Positions 1 to 12,564 of a stretch of 49,479 bases of DNA are shown piece after piece (the stretch's first letter is position 1; each line of letters begins with the position of its first letter). This DNA is from Welwitschia mirabilis. Its lineage: Eukaryota. A program made the position numbers and the translations under genes. The notes beneath the pieces were generated by a model that saw only the letters and a list, made by a program, of their open reading frames with translations, was not told the origin of the DNA and searched no databases. The stretch is taken from NCBI GenBank assembly GCA_051453625.1, contig JBOZIK010000001.1:18898286-18947764 (forward strand). The letters run 5' to 3'.

Positions 1-449
1 CTGTAGAAACTTAACTATTAATAGGATAATAAATGTAATATTATATTTTTTTGAATTTATTTCTAAATTTAGATTCAATATTTTGTATTAATTTTTTTTT
101 AAATTTTTATTTCTTTAGCTTTAGGATTATGTTTTAAAATAAAGTTTCTATTTTTCAATTTAATGGCATTCACATTAGTCTACTTTTTCACAACATTAAT
201 TGGTTAAGAATTAGGAGTTGATTAACATGATAAACTTAAATGACTTTTCTTCTTCTTTTTTTATTAGAATGGGAAGTTAAGCATTGACTACATTTATTCC
301 ATTTGGTTTACTAATACTTTCATTATTTCTTCTAAGTTATTTTCTTGAGGTGGAGGCAGAGCTAATGTCTTAAATTATAAGTGAGATTTATTTTTTTCCC
401 TAAAAATAGAGTGAGGATGATAAAAAAGTTCACTATGCAAAATATTAAA

Positions 450-1150
450 AAAATAAATATTTCATAGATTTAGAAACATTCTTTGTAAAATAGCAACCTA
501 ACTATAAATAGCCAAGAATGGGATTTTTAGAAGCCAAATGAGGGTTTCAACTATCTGTACATGAAAAAGTTTTTAAATTAAGAGAGGAATATATTGATAA
601 AGTTTTAGAGTTATTAAAGTTACTAAAAAAGAGTTATAACTAAAACAAGCACTAAAATTTACTAGTTTTACTTTCATTAGAAAAGGGTAATAGAGAGAAA
701 AAAAACTAATGCACAAATAAATATTTGAATTTCAAATTTAAGTAAATAAAAAATATACATGTTAAGTTCTTGGATAGGAAAGAAGAATAATTAATTAGTC
801 AATGCTTACTAGAAAGGATGAAAACATGAGAGAATGATATTAGAAGAAATTAGAAGAATGGTAAAAATAAGAGATAACAGGGATAAAACATATGATTCCT
901 TTAATAGAGACTCACCAATCATGAAATATTAAAAAATTGTATGATAGGTATTAAATGTTTAATAATCCTTTTAGCACCAAATATACACCATGCTACAAAA
1001 CTTCTAATTGAATTGAAAGGAATGCATGATAAAAATGAACAAATCACGTAAGCATAATTATAAATATATCAAGAAAAAAAATTTAGTTTTAGATGTAATC
1101 ATAGATCTTTTCATTAGTTTTTAATATAGATAATTACAAGATCTAATAAA
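450..1150 (-). pseudogene. Possible highly decayed Athila-type 3' accessory ORF (plant-transposon-protein-like); boundaries approximate
   Basis: Minus-strand reading across frameshifts gives weak echoes of the family pattern (YAYVI..FY ~1050, G.KRI....I..F.NI ~960, R..YFLF ~760). It resembles the clearer copy at 48000-49050. Weak support. Confidence 0.3.
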
Positions 1151-2259
1151 TTCTTCTTCTCTTACATCATTCACTTACATGCACTTCACCATATCATAAG
1201 CCCTTTAAATGAATGGAAATGAAAGAAAGGGGATGAAAAATAAATTATGGAAAGATCTAAAAGGATAAGAATGGATATACATTATTGCAGTTGATAAAGA
1301 TGAAAAGTAGAGAATACTTCCAAAGTTGATATAAAGAGAAAATCAACTTGGAATAGAAAAAATAAGAGAGAGAACTATGTTTGAAAGCTCCTTTCAAAAA
1401 AAAAAAAAAAAAACGAAAATGAAGCATATAAATGACATAAAATGAGTTTGATGGAATGTACTTGGCATTGATGTATGATTTCAAATTAAGTGTCCTAGAT
1501 TAGTTTAGATATGGTAGGTGTTAAAAATTTTGATTTTTGATATATAATTTATATTTTCATAGGGTGAATGATTTAATGTTACTATAGCATCAAAATATAC
1601 TAAAAAATAATACTACAACTCCATAGGCAATTTATATGGTATCTACGAAAATTCCTAAAATGCAATTAGCTTAACTACATTACTTATGACTGATATAACA
1701 TGAAAACATAAAATTTAACTCAAAGATAACTAGAAATGACTAAGTTATAATTCTTAGAATGCAAATTTCCATTGTAATAATGTCTTCATAGGATCTCATA
1801 TGCTTTGATGTCATGCATTGAGTGTTAAAATGAGTTGGAATTATCAATTCAACAGGTGGATGAAATATGAGGATTAATAAGGGATTATGAGTCATCTCTA
1901 AGACTAATAGTTTAAATTTATTCTCTATGCTTCACATATCCACCTCAAATCTCAGAGTCTTAATTATGATCATTACAAATTACAATGGATTAAAATGCAT
2001 GATTTTATGACCATCAAACCTCTGATGCTCGGGTCTCTTGAAAGGTACAAAACTACCTCTATGTGCATCATTATAGTTCTAAAATAATGAGAAATTATGA
2101 CTTTTAACACCTTATTTTAATTAAAATTTTAGGCTCTATCAAAAGTATTCTAGTTAAACTAATCATAAAATTTAATTCTTCTCTATATTGGTCTTATTTC
2201 TTATGATTTATTTAATTGAAAACGTTTATTTTATTTTAAGATTAATAAACGTAAGCTAA

Positions 2260-2538
2260 AAATATTAGATGAAATAATAAAACATAAAACAACTTTTTAA
2301 TACTGTGTCTTCAAGCTATGTTTTGTACTTATTCTAATTTCATTCTAATGAAATAAAACAATAAAATAATAATCATTAGTTTAGTTAAATTAATCTAAAA
2401 ATTAATATAATTATTAATATCTATTTTGTAAAGTGTAATAAGTTGATGTAACATATAAATTGCATTATACATCATTTGAGTTGTGCTTATTTAAATGCGA
2501 CATCAATACATTATTATGTTATTTAGAATTCTATTAAA
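2260..2538 (+). repeat. 5' LTR of copia element (approximate ends)
   Basis: Shares blocks with 12890-13200: ctaatgaaataaa; aataaaataat(a/g)at..ttagtt.agt.aaatta; tattaat.tctatt; atgtaa...ataaattgcat.atacatc.tttgag.tgtg. Confidence 0.6.
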
Positions 2539-2899
2539 AATATAGTTTCTAACTTCTATTATTACATTTTTAAACTTCCTTTTTTTCTCACCATTGCATT
2601 AGAAAATATTTTGTGTTTATTTCACTTTCATACATTCACATGTTCTATTATACTTTTAAAAACATATAAGTGCTTTTTCACACTTATTCCTTTCACATAT
2701 TTTCTAACATCTTATTAAAACATAAAAAGAAATAAAGCATAGAGAGGAAAAATGAATTTAATAATGGCACAAAATAAAATATAATAGATGATAAAATTAT
2801 TTCAATCCTTGTATAAAACTTTAATGTTAAAATTTCACTAATAGTTTAAAGTTTAAAAAGTCATGTATCCCATCTATAACAATCAATGTATTAGGATTA

Positions 2900-5800
2900 T
2901 GCCTTTGAAAACATATGAAACTTACTCATTCAAACTGTTTTATTTGAAAGATAAGAATAAAATATTTCTAGTTAGATAAGAACTTAAAGGTTACCTAGAT
3001 GGAAGAAAATCCAAAAAGGCTATTAATAATTATAGGCCCACTAGAGTCATTCTAGTGATAAACATCATTGATGAATTCTACCGCTGCTTCATGGTATATA
3101 AGAATTCATGAAATTTTGAACACTCGTATGAGATACATTTGAAGTTAAGAATGAAACACATAAGCAATTATTCATTATTGAGTTATTCACATTGAGACTT
3201 AGAGATTATAAAAATATTACTCATCTAAAGAAGAATATCATCAACCTAAATACATGAATTAAAGAGTGAGGAGATAAAGTAGATGAAGAAATGTTAAACT
3301 TTTTCTTGATTAAATCCTTTCCTATGAAGTTTAATGTGTTTAATAAATTATTAAAACATTCAGTTAATAGTAAAGATCCATTATTCCAAAATAGAATTAA
3401 ATAATAAAGAAAATAAAATAAGCATAGGGTTTATTGCATTAGAATAGACTATGAAACAAGGATATAAAAAATAAATATTTTGTAAGGTATATAAGAAAAT
3501 GGTTCACCATACATAGTACTATTACTTTAAAAATCCAAATCATTCACAAATGAAAATAAGAATAAATATGAAGAAAGAAAAAAAATGGTACAAAGAGAAA
3601 AATTCTGGTATTTTAATCATAACTAATGATGTGGTTCATAAGGAAGAATTCTAAGTAATTTACATAATAGATAATAAACATGATTCAAAAACTTAGATCA
3701 TTAAATCATATGACCATTAATAAAAAACACTTTGCGAAGCTTGTGCTAATGTTGAAGCATCATAAAACATGCAAAAATTAAATATTAAATAAAAGTAGAA
3801 TTAGGATAAATTAGAATTATGAAGTTGTCCTTGCTTACCTTCACAAATACTCTATACATTGAAAACTTTAAAATGAATTTAATACCTATTTTAATCTATG
3901 TTCCATCCTTATTCAAAAATGGTTATCAAATAAGATTTGTTAAAATGAAGAATGGATTATATTACATCACAAGAAAAATAGAAGCTACATATTAAAGCAA
4001 TTTAGTATGGTAAAATTCTATAGGTAAAAGTAAAACAATGAGATCATAAAGCATTTTTTAACATAGAAATAAACAAATAAATTCTTTAGCATAAAAAATA
4101 AGGTATTAATAAAGCTACATCAAATAAGTAATGAAATCCCAAGTTCAAAACCAAGGAATTAATATATGAAGCTTATCAAATAGGCCAAATACATCATAAG
4201 AGATTTTAAGTAATAAAAGAAAAAGAGTAGTAATGAAAATGAATTAATCCATAGTAATTTGTATGGATATTAATTAGTTTTGTTCATAAAAGAAAAAAAA
4301 TGTTGCTCATCTTTATTAATCATTACAATAAGATGTATTTTATATATTTTTTGTGAAACAAGTCTTAAAGCCTTAACATTTTTAAATGTTTTATCCACTT
4401 GTTAAATACATATAAACTTAGAAATCAAAATATGCTTTAAATAAACTTTTTGAATGAATTGAAAACATTAGAACTTAGTGTGTAGTAACTCCATCTTATA
4501 CATCTCAACTCAATGGAGTTGCCTTAGGAGAAAAGGGAAAAAAGACAAGAAAAACTACATCATCATTGAAATTATAAGAAGTATGTTGTAGAAGCTACAT
4601 CTTCCTTCATTTATATGAATAGAAGATATTACAATAAACATATATCTTTAAAATAGACTTTCTATTAAAGTCCTAAATAGACATCTACTTATAAAAAAAG
4701 TAATGTAATGAAGCAATTTCACATAATTACTTAAGGACATTTGAAAGAAAATTTATTGTGCATGTTTCATAGCCATGAATTGTTTTTTAAAAAAATTAAA
4801 AACCTATTTCATGCCTGATTATTTAGATAAAAATAGATCCTACTAAATTTGGGCTCATCCTCCAAAAGCGTCATTATCTTTAAAGATATTATTTTTGTTG
4901 AACTAGTAAAGATTGATAATTTTATTTCATTCACATCCTTTGATGCCATAATTTTAAGTAAGGAAGAGATATCTAGACCTACATTTAAACTTATAGATGA
5001 AACTATTATTGATAATATAAAAAAATATTCTAGTAAATTGAATGAATATGAAGTCATGATTCAAAGCCCAAATGAATTAGAATGCTTAACATTAGATTCT
5101 TAGATTTTCAAAAATGATAATAATGATGAGTATCAAGTTAATCCTATCGTAGAAGATGAAATTTGAAAAAACAAATTCTTAAATTATAAAGCTCAAGTAT
5201 CATTATGGATAAGACAAACTTATAATTCATTTCATGAACATAAAAGACTTCTTATACAATAAAATCCAAATCAAACCACTGGAAGTGGAAAAGCATTTGT
5301 TTATATTACTGAGGAAATAAATTATTTAGAGTTAACTAATGTGAAAGAAGCTCTTAAAACATAAAATGGAAGAAGGAAATGTAGGAAGAGAATGAAATTT
5401 TTTCAAAGAATCAAATTTTAGAAGTAAATAAAGTAACAAAGAAGCCAAGTGATAAAAAATGTGTGTTTCATATCAAATATAATCAAGATCATATAATCAC
5501 TAAGTATAAGGTAAAGTTTGTTGTAAAAGGATTTACTTAAGAAAAAGGAATTAATTTTAATGAAACATTTTCATACATAATAAAAATTCATACTATATGA
5601 ATCATTGTTTCCTTAGTAACTAGTTATCAAATATACATTCCTAAATGGATATTTTAAAGAAAAAATCTAGCAAACTCAATCTAAAGTATTTGAAATTAAA
5701 GGCTAAGAAGATATGTGTACATACTAAAAGTGTTCTTTTATGGCTTAAGATAGGCTTTCAGAATATGGATTGAGAATCTTATTAGATTTCTTAAATACAT

Positions 5801-6735
5801 AGGTTTTACGAAGTAACTAATAGACATAAATATCTATGTAAAATCACATTAAAAATATAAAATGGCCATAATAATATTGCTTTGATTAAATGGCATAATA
5901 TTAGCATACAAGCATAAAGTAAAAGTTAGGGAAGTTAGAACGTTCTTAATAAAAAATTTTGAAATATTAAACTTTAGATCTATTAAGTATTTTTTAGGCT
6001 TTTAAATATCAAAAAGTGATAAAATAATCAAAATATTTTAATAAAAATAAGTTAATAAAATACTTAACAAATAATGCATGATGTGTTACTATAGTGGTAG
6101 CACCATGAACATATGAACCAAAGTCAAACATTTGAATCCCTACATTGTTTGAGAACATAGACCTATGATGCAAAAATCCAAGTGCAACTAGGATTTATGT
6201 GGTATAACTACCTACTATTTGTAGCTTCTAAATAGAACACACATGAAGTTGGTAATAAATATATTTAAATATCTTGCTAGGATAACGAAACCTAATATCA
6301 TATTTAAAAAAGAAAAATAAAGTTTAGTAAAATACACATATTTGAAATAAACTAGAACCAATGATAGAGGTTTTACCACCAGATACATCATTTAGTTAAA
6401 TAGAAATACTATCTTATGATGAAGCTATAAATAAAAGAAAGATTTACTTTCCTCTAATGTAGCAACATAAATTATAGCTACTACCTTATGTTCTGATATA
6501 AAATGGATCTATAAATTTCCAAGTAATCTATGCAAAGAAGTTCAAATCCTAGTCTTCATTTATTATGAGAATTAAAATAAATCATACTCATAAGGAATTC
6601 AATTTTTCATATAAAAACAAAATCATATCAATGTCAAATTTGACTATATCAAATAATTCTACTTAAAATAACTCATTAAACCCTACTGCATCAACAAAAA
6701 ATGAAAAAATCTAGATGGACTGAAAAAGCTAATAA
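2900..6735 (+). pseudogene. Copia gag-pol pseudogene
   Basis: Gag LKGYLDG (~2985) and LIKSFPMKF (~3310); decayed zinc knuckle FCKVYKKMVH (~3480); integrase ELIHSNLYG (~4240) and TPSYTSQLNGVA (~4490); RT KCVFHIKYNQDHIITKYKVKFVVKGFT*EKGINFNETFS (~5460-5570); RNase H HINVKFDYI (~6625). Many stops and frameshifts. Confidence 0.85.
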
Positions 6736-6993
6736 GAAAAGCATGATAAGAAACCTGAGGAGGAGAGCTCTGCTAGGGTTTTTAAGCTCTTCTAAGCTTC
6801 AGCAGATTTGAGTGTAGCAGGGAGTGAGGAATGAAAGGCCACAAATTAGTGGTGGCAGTTTTAGTCCTTGGTTAGGGCACACAGGGGCGATTTCAACCAT
6901 CATGTAGTTATTATATGGGTAAGTTACAGAGTTTTTTCATTTACTAGTTTTGATCTGCTTTTAGGGTTTTTTTTCAATGGGTTTAGTCCTAAT

Positions 6994-7950
6994 ATGGAGA
7001 AGACTCAATTATTCAGTTAAGAAAAATCCCTAGTATTGGACATTAACAAAGATGCCTATAGTGAGATTGAGAAGAAACTCAGATACAGTCTAATCAAAAA
7101 GTTTGTCTCTTTTAGTACTTGACCAAGATTAGATCGGATTCATGAGTGAGTTGTTACTAAATGGATAAGAGTTAGTAAAGTTAATGTTATTGCAATGCCA
7201 AAAGAATTGGTGTTATTTTAGCTAGATAACAAATGAGAACAGGATGAAATAATCATGAGAGGGTCTTAGTTTTTTGGGGTTCGACATCTTGCCCTAGTAA
7301 AATGGATGCTAGGGATGCAATTGGACCTGAATCTATTTAAGAGGCTATTTGGATCTACGTCCATAAGTTCCCATTAGAGTTTTAAAATAAAGATTTATTA
7401 AAGAAAATAGCAGCTCAATTTGGTGAACTCATTAAACTCGACAGGATTACTGTTAAATAGACAAGACTAGTATTGGCCAAATTTTGTATTTGGATGAGCC
7501 TAGAGGATACCATTGAGATCCAATCTATAAAATTTAAATCTAAGTGGTATTTTTCTAAGCTTGATGTCACTTATGAGAATCTTCTAGTTTCTTGCATAGC
7601 TTGTGAAAAATTAGAACATCTCTCTAGAAGATGTGCTTCTTCTAAAAAGAAATGTTCACATTGTGAAAGATTAGGTTATCTAAGAGAAGAATGTAGAAAA
7701 CGATTAATTGACATTAAAGAAAATCCAAAGAAAACCTATACTTTTTGTAAGAAAATTATTCACAATTAGAACATATGCCAACATAGGCATAGAAAGGAAA
7801 AAAGGGAAAAAAAAGTACTACTATTTTCCCTAAGAAAACCAAGAACAGTAAGAAAAAGAAAGTACAAAAACTAGAGTAAAATCCCTTTCAATATTTTATA
7901 GAAGTGGAAGATACCCAACAACCTCTAAATGATAATGAACCTAACGAAGT
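6994..7950 (+). pseudogene. LINE ORF1 (DUF4283-type domain + CCHC zinc knuckles), ends in an N gap
   Basis: EIEKKLRYSLIKKF; IIMRGS*FF.....L.LVKW; IWIYVHKFPLEF; LLKKIAAQFGELIKLD...TRLVLAKFCI; VTYENL followed by CIACEKLEHLSRRC, CSHCERLGYLREEC and a third decayed knuckle (YTFCKKIIHN*NIC). Confidence 0.85.
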
Positions 7951-8335
7951 NNNNNNNNNNNNNNNNNNNNNNNNNNNNNNNNNNNNNNNNNNNNNNNNNN
8001 NNNNNNNNNNNNNNNNNNNNNNNNNNNNNNNNNNNNNNNNNNNNNNNNNNNNNNNNNNNNNNNNNNNNNNNNNNNNNNNNNNNNNNNNNNNNNNNNNNNN
8101 NNNNNNNNNNNNNNNNNNNNNNNNNNNNNNNNNNNNNNNNNNNNNNNNNNNNNNNNNNNNNNNNNNNNNNNNNNNNNNNNNNNNNNNNNNNNNNNNNNNN
8201 NNNNNNNNNNNNNNNNNNNNNNNNNNNNNNNNNNNNNNNNNNNNNNNNNNNNNNNNNNNNNNNNNNNNNNNNNNNNNNNNNNNNNNNNNNNNNNNNNNNN
8301 NNNNNNNNNNNNNNNNNNNNNNNNNNNNNNNNNNN

Positions 8336-11300
8336 AGAACCACATCATAATTCTTCTTAAACAATAGGGTTAGATTGTCATAAACCTTTATAGTTCCCAA
8401 AATAATCAAAACAAGGCCTCTATCTTGGAAGATGCTTAAAGGACTGTAATAGATAAATCCAAATGGCTTATTCTGTGTGATTTTAATCAATGTCTTCATT
8501 ACTGGGAAAAATTAGAGGGAAATAACTAGAATTTCAGAGATGCCTCAACACTAAAATATCTTTTGGCAAGACACTTTCTCATAGACCTCCCCTATTTTTA
8601 GGTGCAAATATACATGGTTAAATAGAAGAATAGGTAAAGATCTGATAATGTCTAAGATTGACAGAGTCCTAGCTAGAAAGGATCTAGCTAAAATTTCGTT
8701 TGAAGCCTATGGTTTGAACAGAATTACTTTTAACCACCATTCTATCAAACTTAAAGTGGGGTTGATTTCACCCCAGAAAACTCCGTTTCATATGAAATGA
8801 TATTGGATTAATCGGACAAAAACTAGAATGCTATTAGAAAAAATANNNNNNNNNNNNNNNNNNNNNNNNNNNNNNNNNNNNNNNNNNNNNNNNNNNNNNN
8901 NNNNNNNNNNNNNNNNNNNNNNNNNNNNNNNNNNNNNNNNNNNNNATGAAATGATATTGGATTAATCGGACAAAAACTAGAATGCTATTAGAAAAAATAT
9001 GGACATAGTATGATGGAATTTAATCCATAACATTTATGTACAGGGGCCTGAATACCCTAAAGGCTCATCTAAGAGATTAGAGAAGGAAAGATAAAGAGAG
9101 CTTTAAATCAAAAACTGAGCTTGAGGAGGAAATTAAAAGAATCCAAACTAAGCAAGAGGAGGGAGATAACTAGGATAGTCTACAGAACAGAGAATATCAA
9201 TGCCTAATATAACTCTAAGAAATAAATGCTGATTAAGAACACTATTAGAGAGAATAATCAAGGATCAAATGGCCAAAAGAGGATGACAAACATACTAGAT
9301 TCTTCTTCCAATAAGCCAACCAACATAGACTAAATAATAGAATTAGAAGACTATCCATCGGAGATCAAACCACCAAAAATAAAGAGGATACAACTAAGGA
9401 ATTATAGGCTCATCTTAAGAGAATCTATGAATGGAACAATATTACCCCTAGCCTTATTTCAAAAAATAAAAAAATCTCAGGTAAAGCTAACTCTATGTTG
9501 ATTAAACCTCTAAGTAGAGAGGAGGTTTTATCTACTATTAGATTCATGAAGAATAATTGAGCCCCTGGCCTTAATGGATGGCTAGTTAAAATTTTTAAAT
9601 CCCAATTCTCTATTTTAGGGGATAACCTTTATGATGTGATGTAAGAAGTCTTCTATAAGAGGTGGATTCCCAAGGAAATAAATGGAACTAGAGTGGTACT
9701 TATACCAAAAAAAAGGGGGATACTAGTAAACTAGAGGATTTCAAGACTCTAAGTGTTTGTAATGTTATTTAAAGGGTTTTCATGAAAATCATGGTTGGCC
9801 ATATCGCCCCCCTACTTTCCAATGTGATTTCAGAGAACCAAGCTAGCTTCATCTGAGTTAGGAATATTTAAAACCAAATCCTCTTGACTTATGAGATCAT
9901 TCACTTTGTTAAAAAATATAATTTTTCTCTTCTTATTGCTAAATTAGATATCTCTAAATCCTACGATTCAATTAGTTAGCAAGCATCAAGGTGTATCCTT
10001 AGGAAAATAAGTTTTTCTCAAGATATTATTAATCTCTGGCTAAATATGTAGGCTTTAGTCGAATTTAGTATAGAGGTCAACAACCATAGATCAAATTTCT
10101 TTTCAGTAGGCAGAAGTTTGATATAAGCAGACCCCTTATCTCCATATCTTTTTCTTTTTGTGATGAATGTACTATAGGTTTTTGTAAGAAGGAATGGAGT
10201 TACAGGAATCAGAATTGGAGGTCAAACCTTTCTTAATAATCACTATGCAGATGACATCATCATTATGATAAGGGATTTATTTCAGCAAGAAAAATTAATA
10301 AAAAATGCTATGAACATCTTTGCAACAACAATAGGGCTTGACACAAACTGGAATAAATTAAGAATCCACGCTTTAGGAAGAAAAGTTATTAGAGGGGACA
10401 AAATCTTCCAAATATTGAGTGCAAAGTTAGAAGACCTTTAGAATATCTACCTAGGTATTTATTTTCAAAATTTACACAAGATTAATACCTAGAATTACAT
10501 CTTGGAATCCATCCAAAGGTGGTACAACTCCTAGGCAAATAACTTTCTCTCATCTAAAGCTAAGATTATTCTCATAAACTCTTGCTTAATTTTCTCTTTT
10601 CATTACATAGCTTCTATTATTCCCCTCAAGAAATATCATCCAAAAAATCAATAGGATCTTAAAGGAATTTGTTTAATCAAGAGGAAAGGATTACCACTGA
10701 ATTCATCTCTGCAAGTGAGAGACTATTGCCTACCTAAGAGAATCAGGGGGTTGGGGGATTTAGAAATTAGAGGATTGCATCCTCATTGGGAACATAGAAT
10801 TTTAAAGAGACTACAAAAAAGAGGTTAGACCTAGTGTGATTTGATTAATTAAAAATATAGAGATTAGACCATTGATTATAGAAAATTCTACTTATGGAAA
10901 CACCTCAATAAAGCTTAACAACAACTCATTAACTTAAAGATCTGTTAGTTTGATTCAACCAAGTAGATCCTCCTAAGAAAATATGGGAAATAGGACACAT
11001 ATAAGAAGTATTAAAAGGAACAGATTCAAAAAAAAATTAAGGTCTTTTACTAGTTAAAATACCACCAGTGAATCTTAACTAGAGATAAATTACTCAAGAT
11101 AGGATTCCAAGTGAACACAAACTATTCCATCTGTCAGTCAAATCTAGAAACAACACAACATCTATTTCACCATTACTTTTGGAGTAAAGAATTAATCTCC
11201 ATAGTGAAAAATTACTATTAAACTTACAATGCCCCTAACATGCATTTATTAGATAGGATTTAATAATGTCCCTTAACCTTTCTTATACATACAGTAAGGA
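8336..11300 (+). pseudogene. LINE ORF2 (APE endonuclease + reverse transcriptase); 3' end approximate
   Basis: Endonuclease LIDLP...KYTWLNRR and SKIDRVL. RT APGLNG (~9560), DFKTLSVCNVI, ISENQASFI, KLDISKSYDSI, ADPLSPYLF, HYADDI (YADD at 10244-10255), YLG, CLPKRIRGLG (~10730). Confidence 0.92.
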
Positions 11301-11335
11301 GGATTAAGTACCTTCATTTCCAAATCAGAGTTGTG

Positions 11336-12564
11336 ATGGAAGCCATGCTAATAATTGAGCTTTCTAACCTAGGCCTCTTTAAAGGATGCCCCACTCTATG
11401 GAAAAAGGTGTAGGTGGTGGGATGAGGACCCCTCCTGCATAAGATTAGAAGAGACCCGAGGGCTATTATCACCCATTTGTATAGATGATGGAGAGGATGA
11501 TGCACCACGTTCAGAAGAATTACTATAGAAATCACTAAAGACCCCCTCTTTAGGCTACTAGATATCCTTATAAAAGGAGAATGAATTTCATTTGGAAGCA
11601 AAGGGCAACGCGAAAAACTTCACTTCTTCCCTGGTGGGGTTCCTAAATTACTAAGTGAGTACGTTAGCAGAAAGATGCTATCAACCCCTTGGGGACTAGG
11701 TGTAAAGCTCGTGGATCACTATTTCATTCAATTGGGGAATTGCTCCAAACTTTTAAGTATCACTTTTTCTTTTCTCAAAGCTCTTGACTTAGGGTATCAA
11801 GTGAACCTGCCATTTTTTTAATCCAAGTTCTTAAACGAAAGGATTCCTCAATGCACTCGGGCTTAGTCTTGGCCTTTTGAAGAGCAGCATAAGAAATTAG
11901 AACAAGAGAGGCCTCCCTCCCCCTCAGCCTATTATTGCCCATATCAGAATCCCCCTAAGATAACCTTCAAGAGAAGAACTTCATCCAAAAGGAACCCTAT
12001 TCTAGAGGAAACCGCTACACATGGCAGCCCTAGCTAGGGAGGGATAACTTCGTCCCCCGGTCATTTAGAGAAGATGTCTTCATCCTCGACCCCATAGAAG
12101 ATAGTTTAGGAGCCTAACTATGGTACAACCTAGGAATCGAATCAAGATCAGCTGTCACCCAATCCTTAGAACTAAGATAGGCATGTCCAAACCTCCCTTA
12201 CTCTAGCTTTGATTCCTAACTCTACTCAAAACTTCACTTTAAATTTTTCCTCAGTCAAAATTTAACATCAACCTTAGGAGGACATTGACATGAACACAGC
12301 TCGACATGAGGTTCTACTGGCAACCATCCAAGGGCTGAAGAGATGTTTCTTTATCACATTAGGCTCTCTCATAGAGCCCTTCCTTAAGACATTAAATCGA
12401 GCTATAGGAAGAAAGCCCTAAAACAACATCTAAATAAAAATTCGGTAGGTGCTGAAGAATTTAAGGAGATAAATCAAGCATTTGATATTCTCTCTGATGA
12501 TTTCGGAAGATTCATTCTTGACTATAATCAGGGTAATATGTTTCCATTATGTAGAGGGCTTTAA
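11336..12564 (+). pseudogene. LINE ORF3: plant-transposon-protein-like N-terminal domain, linker and C-terminal J-domain
   Basis: ATG at 11336. One frame to a T7 run at 11813-11819, then a single -1 shift and one frame to TAA at 12562-12564 (~409 codons). Internal stops are explainable as single transitions from Q/R/W codons. N-terminal motifs: CPTLWKKV*VVG*, LFRLLDILIKGE, LSTPWGLGVKLVDHYF, VNLPFFL, HSGL. Confidence 0.65.
12349..12525 (+). pseudogene. DnaJ/Hsp40 J-domain within LINE ORF3
   Basis: Translation LYHIRLSHRALP*DIKSSYRKKALKQHLNKNSVGAEEFKEINQAFDILSDDFGRFILDY matches the J-domain consensus (YEILG....A...EIKKAYRKLALKYHPDKN...AEEKFKEINEAYEVLSD..KR..YD). The HPD position reads cat cta aat (12427-12435), two transitions from cat cca gat. 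Confidence 0.85.

Noticed and set aside
600-950. Possible hAT transposase C-terminus on the + strand
   Set aside because: No convincing CERNWS or dimerisation motif and no terminal inverted repeats; a minus-strand retroelement remnant fits at least as well.
7888-8499. Long ORFs in the track spanning 7951-8335 (and 37646-38542 spanning 37822-38456)
   Set aside because: Their length comes from runs of N, so they are not real open frames.
8792-8999. Exact 54-bp direct repeat (8792-8845 and 8946-8999) flanking a 100-N gap
   Set aside because: Identical contig ends on both sides of a placeholder gap indicate an unmerged assembly overlap, not a biological duplication.
12290-12564. J-domain as an independent host DnaJ gene
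   Set aside because: No introns, no G/F or substrate-binding region follows, it lies inside the LINE TSD and upstream of the LINE poly(A), and it is in frame with ORF3. A one-off capture is not excluded and is listed as a test.
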